Assembly (NCBI GenBank): GCA_002453165.1
Contig: DKGH01000136.1
Location: forward strand, 1,522-57,321
DNA: 55,800 nt
Reading direction: 5' to 3'
Origin: Verrucomicrobia bacterium UBA6775
GTDB lineage: Bacteria; Verrucomicrobiota; Verrucomicrobiia; Limisphaerales; UBA1096
The stretch's first letter is position 1; each line of letters begins with the position of its first letter. The notes beneath the pieces were generated by a model that was given only the letters and a program-made list of their open reading frames with translations, did not search any database and had not been told where the DNA came from. Of the stretch, positions 18,378 through 25,258 are shown piece by piece. Made by a program: the position numbers and the translations under genes.

Positions 18378-19784
18378 ATGTTTCTTTTTAATACTATTTT
18401 AATCGGCATCAGGGAAATTACATCTCATTGGTTCAGGTCAATACTTACCATCTTGGGTGTTGTTCTTGGCATTATGAGTTTGGTCACCATGTCTGCAATC
18501 GTCCAAGGCATGGAAAATGCAATGAAAGAACAAATGGCGACTTTCGGAGGAGCTGATAAAATTAATATTGATAAGGAAGACCCTCCTAGCTATCAGGATC
18601 ACAAAAAAGATTTTTCTCCTGGCATTACAGTAAAAGACGCATATGCCTTAAAGGAGGGATCAACACTACTAAAATGCATATCCCCTGAAATGTCAATTTC
18701 AAGGGCTCGAGCAACATACCAAGGCAAGCGGGCATACATTTCTGATTTTAGTGGTGTATGGGAAGAAATAATGGAAATGAACGCTCACGAAATTGGGGCC
18801 GGCAGATTTTTCTCAGCATATGAAGATTTTGCAGCAAAAAACGTATGCGTAATAGGGGCTGATATTTGCTCAAACTTATTTGGAGAAGATTCAGAAACAG
18901 GGGAACCTTTAAACGCTATTGGTAAAATAATTAACATTAATTATATTCCTTTTTCAGTAATTGGTGTATACAAAAAGATGGAAACAGAGGCCGAAAGAAA
19001 AAGCCGTGAAGCTCAATTGAAAAAGTCTCTAAATCAAAGCGGCCCAAAAAGAACAAGTAGATTCGGATCCAGAAGAGGTGGCCGTTATAGCCATAGAAAT
19101 AATGCCGTTCATATTCCCTTAAACACAATGTGGATGAAATTTAAAATGTCATCATCGAGTTCTTCATCAAGTTCCTTTCGAAGCAGATTCTCTAGCTCAT
19201 CCTCAGAACCAGAAGTATTTATACCCGATCCAACTTTAAGTGACTTGGATGTTAAGGTAGCCAATATTGACTACTTGGATAAAGCTATGGGTCAAATGAG
19301 AAACATTATGACGCGAACTCATAACGGTATTGAAGATTTCTCTTTTCGCACTCAGGAGAATGTTATTGCAACAATCAGTGAAAAACTAAACAGTGCAAAA
19401 GTGATTCGTGGAATAATAGCAGCCATGAGCTTGCTTGTCGGAGGGATTGGCATAATGAATATCATGCTTGCCAGTATTAACGAAAGAATTCGGGAAATTG
19501 GAACATTTAAAGCAATGGGAGCAACCGGGTTCATTGTGTTTGTTCAAATAATAATGGAAAGCTTAATGCTTGCAATTTTAGGGGGGCTCTTAGGTATCCC
19601 AGCATCATACGGTTCAGTATGGCTACTAACACAATTAGTACCTGCGGAGAATACGCCTGAGATAACAAGTGCAGCACTTTTGATGGGTGTAAGTTTCAGT
19701 GCAATTGTAGGTTTGGCGGCTGGATTATATCCAGCTTTTAGAGCCTCCCGACTCGACCCTATTGAAGCATTGCGCTACGAGTGA
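18378..19784 (+). CDS. ABC transporter permease, FtsX/MacB family (paralogue 2, poly-Ser insert)
   Basis: Same architecture as paralogue 1 (ERIREIGTFKAMGAT ... RASRLDPIEALRYE). It carries an SSSSSSSSSFRSRFSSSSSE insert. Confidence 0.85.
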   Translation: MFLFNTILIGIREITSHWFRSILTILGVVLGIMSLVTMSAIVQGMENAMKEQMATFGGADKINIDKEDPPSYQDHKKDFSPGITVKDAYALKEGSTLLKCISPEMSISRARATYQGKRAYISDFSGVWEEIMEMNAHEIGAGRFFSAYEDFAAKNVCVIGADICSNLFGEDSETGEPLNAIGKIININYIPFSVIGVYKKMETEAERKSREAQLKKSLNQSGPKRTSRFGSRRGGRYSHRNNAVHIPLNTMWMKFKMSSSSSSSSSFRSRFSSSSSEPEVFIPDPTLSDLDVKVANIDYLDKAMGQMRNIMTRTHNGIEDFSFRTQENVIATISEKLNSAKVIRGIIAAMSLLVGGIGIMNIMLASINERIREIGTFKAMGATGFIVFVQIIMESLMLAILGGLLGIPASYGSVWLLTQLVPAENTPEITSAALLMGVSFSAIVGLAAGLYPAFRASRLDPIEALRYE

Positions 19785-19787
19785 TGC

Positions 19788-19812
19788 CGCTTGGCCAAGC
19801 GCTTGGCCAAGC
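19788..19812. repeat. tandem dimer of the palindrome, 3 nt after the stop codon of the second permease, at the right edge of the low-GC island
   Basis: The TGA stop is at 19782-19784, followed by CGCTTGGCCAAGCGCTTGGCCAAGC. Confidence 0.95.
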
Positions 19813-20119
19813 CGGAATTATTTCTCCCATTCCTCGCCGTGCTCTTCGGAGTCGAGATCATTCCTCTCTTCATTTTGATGCTCCTGCTCCTCGTGCTTCT
19901 CTTCGCGATCAAGGTGGCGGCGCTTCCGATAACCACAATCTTCACCGTAGCCGAACAACGCCCCGACAGTTGACTCAATCGCCTTTTCCGGAACATCCAG
20001 CGTCGCGCCCCACCGCCTTGCGCGTGGCCTTGAAAGGATGAAACGGAGCCGCGATGGCTTAGCCGGTCATCCTAAACGGATAGCGAATCACCTTCCTGGT
20101 AAGGCTCTCCCGCTTGTGG

Positions 20120-20272
20120 TCACGATTCTGTTTGTGCTCCCGCTGCTCCGGAGTGGCGGTGTTCCTTCTCGCCATCTTCACGGTGGTGTTTGTGATGTCC
20201 GCAGCCGGTAACCACGAGCGAAACAAACAGGGCCAGAACTAAAGAATGCAATTTCAGCTCGAATGATACCAT
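20120..20272 (-). CDS. candidate small His-rich lipoprotein (50 aa; below ORF-track size cutoff)
   Basis: Own translation: MVSFELKLHSLVLALFVSLVVTGCGHHKHHREDGEKEHRHSGAAGAQTES. It has a hydrophobic signal segment, the lipobox VTGC, and a His/Glu-rich mature part. No clear SD is present. Confidence 0.35.
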   Translation of the reverse strand: MVSFELKLHSLVLALFVSLVVTGCGHHKHHREDGEKEHRHSGAAGAQTES

Positions 20273-20339
20273 TGATCATTGGATGAGGTTACGCCCTGCC
20301 AACGACGCAGCCTTGTGAAATCCCCGCCCCGGTTCCATC

Positions 20340-22085
20340 ATGGGCCAAGCGGTGAGCGACGAAACTCCCATCCACCCCGCCATCAGTCCCGGGCAACTCA
20401 GGCGGCTTTATCAGGTCAGCAAGGTGATCCACTCCACGCTGGATCAGCAGGAGGCACTTGACCTGATCGTTCGCGAGGCGGTCGGCCTCGTCAACGCCAC
20501 CTCCGGCTCAGTGGTTCTGATCAACCCGATCGACGGGTTTCTCGAGATTCAGGCGGCGCACGGTCTTTCTGCGGGCGCCAAACTGAAACTCCGCGTCGGC
20601 GAAGGCATCACCGGCTGGGTGGCCCAGCAGGGCAAGTCCGCCATCGTCCCCGATGTCAGTGCCGACAAACGCTACGTCCCCGTACACGAACACACCCGGT
20701 CGGAACTCGCCGTCCCGCTGGAAATTAACGGCGTGCTTAGCGGGGTTGTCAATGTGGACTCTGATCAACTTGAGGCATTCGATGAAAACGATCTCGCGCT
20801 GTTGACCGAGCTTGCTAGCCAGGCTGCCCTCGTCATTCACAATACGTTCCTCTACGAGAAATCCCTCATCCGCGCGAACCTGTTCGAGTCACTAATAACA
20901 GTTGGCCAGGCGATCAACTCCGCAGTCGATCTCGATGAGGCGCTGGCGGCTATAACCCGCGAAGCCGCCAGTCTGATGAATGCCAAGACCTGCGCGTTGC
21001 AACTGCTCGACGAGTCCTGCAACCACCTCACCCTTGTCGCCTCGCACGGTGCGGGCGAAGCCTACCTCAACAAGCCGGGCGTCGACATTACGGAAAGTTT
21101 CCTTGGCTCGGTCGTCGACCTGAAAAAACCGCTGCAAATCGAAAACGTACAAACATCCAACGCCTACCAGCAGCAGGACATAGCGCGCGAGGAAGGTCTC
21201 GTCGCCATGCTCAGCATTCCGCTGGTGTTCGGCGGAAACGCCATCGGCACACTAAACGTGTACAAGGAGGAGACTTACATTTTTTCAAACGACGAAATCC
21301 ACATTGCCACAGCGCTGGCCGAGCTTTCCGCGCTGGCGATCGAGAAGGCGCGACTGATTGAGCGCATCGTCGAGTCTGAGGAACTGCTCCGGCAAAACGA
21401 AAAACTGTCCGCCCTTGGGCTACTCGCCGGCGAGGTGGCCCATGAAATCCGGAACCCCCTGACAGTCCTCAAGATGCTCTACCATTCACTAGGGCTTGAG
21501 TTTCCGGAGAACGATCCCCGGACCGAGGACGTGCGGATCATGGGCGAAAAAATGGATCACCTGAACACAATCGTGGAGCAGATCCTCACCTTCGCCCGCA
21601 ACGCCGAGCCGTCGCTCAAGCCGACCGATATTAACAAACTGATCGACGACCTGCAGATTCTCGTTCGAAGAAAACTGGCCCAGCAAAATGTCGAACTGGA
21701 GATTCAGCCGGAGGCAAATCTGCCCCCGGTAAAAGCCGATGGCCCGCAGCTCAGTCAGGTATTCCTCAACCTCACACTCAACGCGCTTGAGGCGATGCCA
21801 AACGGGGGAACGTTGATCATCGAGTCGCGCACGATTCAATTAAACAAGGGCGATGCAGCGCCGACGCATGTCCGCATCGAGTTTCGTGACACCGGCTGCG
21901 GGATGGATGCAGAATCTCGCGAGCGGGCGTTCACCTCCCTGCTCAACACCAGCAAACCGGACGGCGCTGGCCTCGGCCTGGCCATCGTGGGGCGGATCAT
22001 TGAATCGCACGGCGGCCGCATCAAGATCAAGCCAGGCGACAGCGGCACAACCTTCAGCATCCTGCTGCCACTGACCGACCGGTAA
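20340..22085 (+). CDS. sensor histidine kinase with two GAF domains (soluble, no adjacent response regulator)
   Basis: Two GAF-like modules are present. The H-box is LLAGEVAHEIRNPL. The HATPase_c N/G boxes are LNLTLNALEAMPNGG, DTGCGM and GAGLGLAIV. Confidence 0.85.
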   Translation: MGQAVSDETPIHPAISPGQLRRLYQVSKVIHSTLDQQEALDLIVREAVGLVNATSGSVVLINPIDGFLEIQAAHGLSAGAKLKLRVGEGITGWVAQQGKSAIVPDVSADKRYVPVHEHTRSELAVPLEINGVLSGVVNVDSDQLEAFDENDLALLTELASQAALVIHNTFLYEKSLIRANLFESLITVGQAINSAVDLDEALAAITREAASLMNAKTCALQLLDESCNHLTLVASHGAGEAYLNKPGVDITESFLGSVVDLKKPLQIENVQTSNAYQQQDIAREEGLVAMLSIPLVFGGNAIGTLNVYKEETYIFSNDEIHIATALAELSALAIEKARLIERIVESEELLRQNEKLSALGLLAGEVAHEIRNPLTVLKMLYHSLGLEFPENDPRTEDVRIMGEKMDHLNTIVEQILTFARNAEPSLKPTDINKLIDDLQILVRRKLAQQNVELEIQPEANLPPVKADGPQLSQVFLNLTLNALEAMPNGGTLIIESRTIQLNKGDAAPTHVRIEFRDTGCGMDAESRERAFTSLLNTSKPDGAGLGLAIVGRIIESHGGRIKIKPGDSGTTFSILLPLTDR

Positions 22086-22111
22086 GTCCTTGGCAAAGCG
22101 ATTCGCGACGC

Positions 22112-22400
22112 TTAACGCCCGCGGGCCTCACGTCTACGCTTAGCCAATCCCCCGCTGGAGATCTCCTCGTTCCGGGTGCCGAACCACCACTCGTTTCCGA
22201 ACGGAACCAGGACTCTGCCGCCCCGGTCGCCGTAGAATTGACCCATCGGCTCCATCACCTTTTCCAACCGACTGCGATGGCTTTCGCTAGGAGGCATCGA
22301 GGGCCTCGAGAATAAAATCCAGCAGTTTGCCCACATCCTCTGTGAGCAGATAGGGCGTGACGCTGTGGTAACCGGCAGGAAGATAAGAGAGGTCAGACAT
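22112..22400 (-). pseudogene. decayed VOC/glyoxalase (PhnB-like) family gene: N- and C-terminal fragments in different frames
   Basis: From ATG 22400 the frame reads MSDLSYLPAGYHSVTPYLLTEDVGKLLDFILEALDAS and then stops. Another frame carries the family C-terminus MEPMGQFYGDRGGRVLVPFGNEWWFGT. The whole remnant spans only 289 nt, against roughly 400 nt for an intact member. Confidence 0.6.
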
Positions 22401-23760
22401 TTTCGGGCGTGGGATGAATCCAGGGTTCGCGATAGGGGCGGATGAGAAACCTGTTCGCCTCCTCGTCGCCAATGACGCGATGGGTTTGCGCATCCCATCG
22501 CAGCGAGCGTCCGCCAAGCCGCTGGGAGATGTTGGCCAACAGGCAGCTCACGGTGGAAATGTGCCCCTCCTCGATGTCCGCGACGGGGCGACTCCGCTTG
22601 GCCACGGCGTTGAGAAAATCAAGCATGTGGACGCGCACCGCTGGGGCAACATGGCGCTCGAGATCCTTCTCAGTCTTGTCCTCAGGGTATTCCTCCAGTT
22701 CCATTTTGCAATCACGATGGATCGGTTTCGCCTGGCCGCCGCGGTTGTTGCGCGGAATGAAATCAAAACTGTTCACGCTCAACTTGAGCGTGCCCTTGTC
22801 GCCGTAGAGGAAGGCCGCCCACGGGTACTTCGGATCCGGCGCGTGTCCCCACGCGCGGTGCTGCCAGACCACCTGCAGGTCGTCGAAATCAAAACAGGCG
22901 GTCTGAGTATCGGTCGTGTTGGCCTTGGCCTGTTTGTCGACAAGGATGCCGCCCTGCGAAACCACGCTCGTCGGCCAACCGAGGCCGAGCATCCAGCGCA
23001 CCGTGTCGAGCATGTGAATGCACATGTCGCCGACGATCCCGTTGCTATACTCCATGAACGCGCGCCAACCCCGGGGGTGACAGAGCTCATTGTAGGCACG
23101 CATCGGGGCCGGGCCGGTCCACATCTCGTAGTCCAAATTCTCCGGCGCCGTGGCATCCTCCGGGGTGCTTCGGTTGCGCATGTGATAGTAGCAGCAAACC
23201 TCCGCGTGGGCGATGTTACCGAGCAACCCGGCGTCGACGATCTTTTCCTTTGCTTCCATCAGGTGCGGAGTGCTGCGGCGCTGCGTGCCCACCTGCACAA
23301 CGCGATCGTACTTGCGTGCCGCTGCCAGCATCGCCTGACTTTCCAATACGTCGATGCTCGTCGGTTTTTGCACGTACACATCGCAGCCCGACTTGACGGC
23401 ATCGATCATCGGCAGTGCGTGCCAGTGATCCGGTGTGGCGATCAAAACCAAATCAAGGTCGTTCTCCTTGAGCAACGTCCGGTAGTCGGCGTAGGTCTTG
23501 GGGCGTTTGCCTGATTTTTGCCGCTTGGCCACCTCGCCGGCCGCTTCGGAAAGCATCGTGCTGTCCACGTCACACAACGCCACCACTTCGACCGGTGCCA
23601 CCTGAATGAGGCGGAATAAATCGATCTTGCCGTACCAGCCACTGCCGATCAGCGCGACCCGCTTGACCGGCCCCTTCGCGATCTCGGCCGCAGTGGTGGT
23701 AATCGAGGAGTAGGCCAAGCCAGCGGCGACGCTGGTTTCCAAAAATGTTCGACGCTTCAC
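22393..23760 (-). CDS. Gfo/Idh/MocA family oxidoreductase with Tat-type signal
   Basis: Tat-type signal MKRRTFLETSVAAGLA and the Rossmann motif VALIGSGWYG. GTG start at 23760. The stop overlaps the VOC remnant start (ATGTCTGA). Confidence 0.85.
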   Translation of the reverse strand: MKRRTFLETSVAAGLAYSSITTTAAEIAKGPVKRVALIGSGWYGKIDLFRLIQVAPVEVVALCDVDSTMLSEAAGEVAKRQKSGKRPKTYADYRTLLKENDLDLVLIATPDHWHALPMIDAVKSGCDVYVQKPTSIDVLESQAMLAAARKYDRVVQVGTQRRSTPHLMEAKEKIVDAGLLGNIAHAEVCCYYHMRNRSTPEDATAPENLDYEMWTGPAPMRAYNELCHPRGWRAFMEYSNGIVGDMCIHMLDTVRWMLGLGWPTSVVSQGGILVDKQAKANTTDTQTACFDFDDLQVVWQHRAWGHAPDPKYPWAAFLYGDKGTLKLSVNSFDFIPRNNRGGQAKPIHRDCKMELEEYPEDKTEKDLERHVAPAVRVHMLDFLNAVAKRSRPVADIEEGHISTVSCLLANISQRLGGRSLRWDAQTHRVIGDEEANRFLIRPYREPWIHPTPENV

Positions 23761-23774
23761 ACGCCCTGTTTAGC

Positions 23775-23839
23775 CGCTTGGCCAAGTGAACTCAAGCTTG
23801 GCCAAGCGCCTGGCCGCCCTCCTTGCGCTTGGCCAGGCG
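23775..23839. repeat. cluster of three palindrome copies in a divergent intergenic region
   Basis: CGCTTGGCCAAGTG (23775), AGCTTGGCCAAGCG (23795) and CGCTTGGCCAGGCG (23826). They lie between the oxidoreductase start (23760) and the LMW-PTP start (23858). Confidence 0.9.
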
Positions 23840-23857
23840 GGTCGGTAGTCTCCGCTC

Positions 23858-24340
23858 ATGCGCCCTTACCGGTTATTGTTTGTTTGCATGGGAAACATCT
23901 GCCGCTCCCCCGCCGGAGAAGCCGTGATGCGGCACGTCGTCGAGAACGAGGGGCTGGGCGAACAGATCGAGTGCGACTCCGCCGGAACCATCTCATTCCA
24001 CAACGGCGAACCGCCCGACCACCGCATGCACGCGGCGGCGCAAAACCGCAACATCATCACCGGGGGACAGGCGCGCCAGATCAACGAGGCCGACTACAAC
24101 GAGTTCGACCTGATCCTGACGATGGACGAGGACAACTACCAAAACGTCCTGAACATGGCCCCGGCCGGGAAATATTCAGCAGAGATCAAGCGCTTCTGCG
24201 ATTTCGTCACCGAGTCATCCACCAAGGAAGTGCCGGATCCCTATTACGGTGGTGCGCAGGGATTCGAAACCGTGCTCGACCTGCTCGAGGACGGCTGCGC
24301 GTCACTGCTGGAACACGTCCGCCAACAGATCGACCGTTAA
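23858..24340 (+). CDS. low molecular weight protein-tyrosine phosphatase
   Basis: P-loop LFVCMGNICRSPAGE and the DPYYG motif. Confidence 0.9.
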   Translation: MRPYRLLFVCMGNICRSPAGEAVMRHVVENEGLGEQIECDSAGTISFHNGEPPDHRMHAAAQNRNIITGGQARQINEADYNEFDLILTMDEDNYQNVLNMAPAGKYSAEIKRFCDFVTESSTKEVPDPYYGGAQGFETVLDLLEDGCASLLEHVRQQIDR

Positions 24341-24346
24341 CCGCTC

Positions 24347-25207
24347 ATGTGGGACGCGATCGCCACTCACATTTCGGAGACAACAGGAGAGCCGTTCGAG
24401 ATTCTCCAGAAACAAACTGTCGGTGGCGGTTGCATCAACGACGCCTACCGGCTCGAGGGGCGTAATCAGAATTACTTCGTGAAGCTGAACCATGCCGGGG
24501 CTATCGACATGTTCGAGGCAGAAGCGGACGGACTCCGCGAGATTGCCGGGACGAAAACCATCCGCGTCCCCTCCCCGATCTGCAGCGGCACGACCGGGGC
24601 ACAGGCTTATTTTGTGATGGAATTCATCAACCTGGGTGGCGGTGGTTCACAATTCCAACTCGGGGAACGTCTGGCCAGGCTGCATGCCGTTCCCCAGTCG
24701 AGGTACGGCTGGCATCGGGACAACACCATCGGCGCCACCCCTCAGCCGAATCTCGCCGGCGACGACTGGTTGGAGTTTCTGCGCGAACACCGGCTTGGCT
24801 TCCAATTCCGTCTGGCCAAACAAAACGGAATGGCATTCAACGGCAGCGAGGATTTGCTCCGACAACTGGACGACTTTTTTGACGGCTACCAGACGAAGCC
24901 ATCGCTATTGCATGGCGACCTTTGGAGCGGAAATGTTGCGTCCGATGAAAATGGTGGCCCTGTCATCTTCGACCCCGCCACGTACTGCGGCGATCGCGAA
25001 GCCGAGTTTGGCCTGACCGAGATGTTCGGAGGATTTAGAACGGATTTTTGGTCAGGCTACGAGTCGGTGCTGCCGCTTGAAGAAGGCTACGGCACTCGCA
25101 AACTGATTTATCGGCTTTATCACACGCTGAACCACTTCAACCTGTTCGGCAGCGGATACGCGGGGTCAGCCCAGTCACTCGTCAATCAACTGCTTCGCTT
25201 GGCCTGA
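24347..25207 (+). CDS. fructosamine/ketosamine-3-kinase family protein
   Basis: FVKLN, PSLLHGDLWSGN and DPATYCGDRE blocks. Confidence 0.85.
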   Translation: MWDAIATHISETTGEPFEILQKQTVGGGCINDAYRLEGRNQNYFVKLNHAGAIDMFEAEADGLREIAGTKTIRVPSPICSGTTGAQAYFVMEFINLGGGGSQFQLGERLARLHAVPQSRYGWHRDNTIGATPQPNLAGDDWLEFLREHRLGFQFRLAKQNGMAFNGSEDLLRQLDDFFDGYQTKPSLLHGDLWSGNVASDENGGPVIFDPATYCGDREAEFGLTEMFGGFRTDFWSGYESVLPLEEGYGTRKLIYRLYHTLNHFNLFGSGYAGSAQSLVNQLLRLA

Positions 25208-25215
25208 AAACAAAA

Positions 25216-25239
25216 CAGCCCGGCCAAGCAGCCGGGCTG
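25216..25239. terminator. hairpin between convergent genes (possible bidirectional terminator)
   Basis: CAGCCCGGC caagca GCCGGGCTG forms a 9-bp stem with a 6-nt loop. An A-rich tract precedes it, which becomes a U-tract for the minus-strand transcript. Confidence 0.5.
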
Positions 25240-25258
25240 AGAAAGGGTTCACAATAAT

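Noticed and set aside
19791-19973. A plus-strand 60-aa hydrophobic ORF (MAKRLAKPELFLPFLAVLFGVEIIPLFILMLLLLV...) that could be a small membrane protein after the permease gene.
   Set aside because: Its start codon and first 7 residues are simply a translation of the palindrome dimer. Its Leu/Phe richness is the mirror image of the Glu/His-rich frame on the opposite strand. There is no independent support, so it is treated as a probable shadow ORF, although I cannot fully exclude it.
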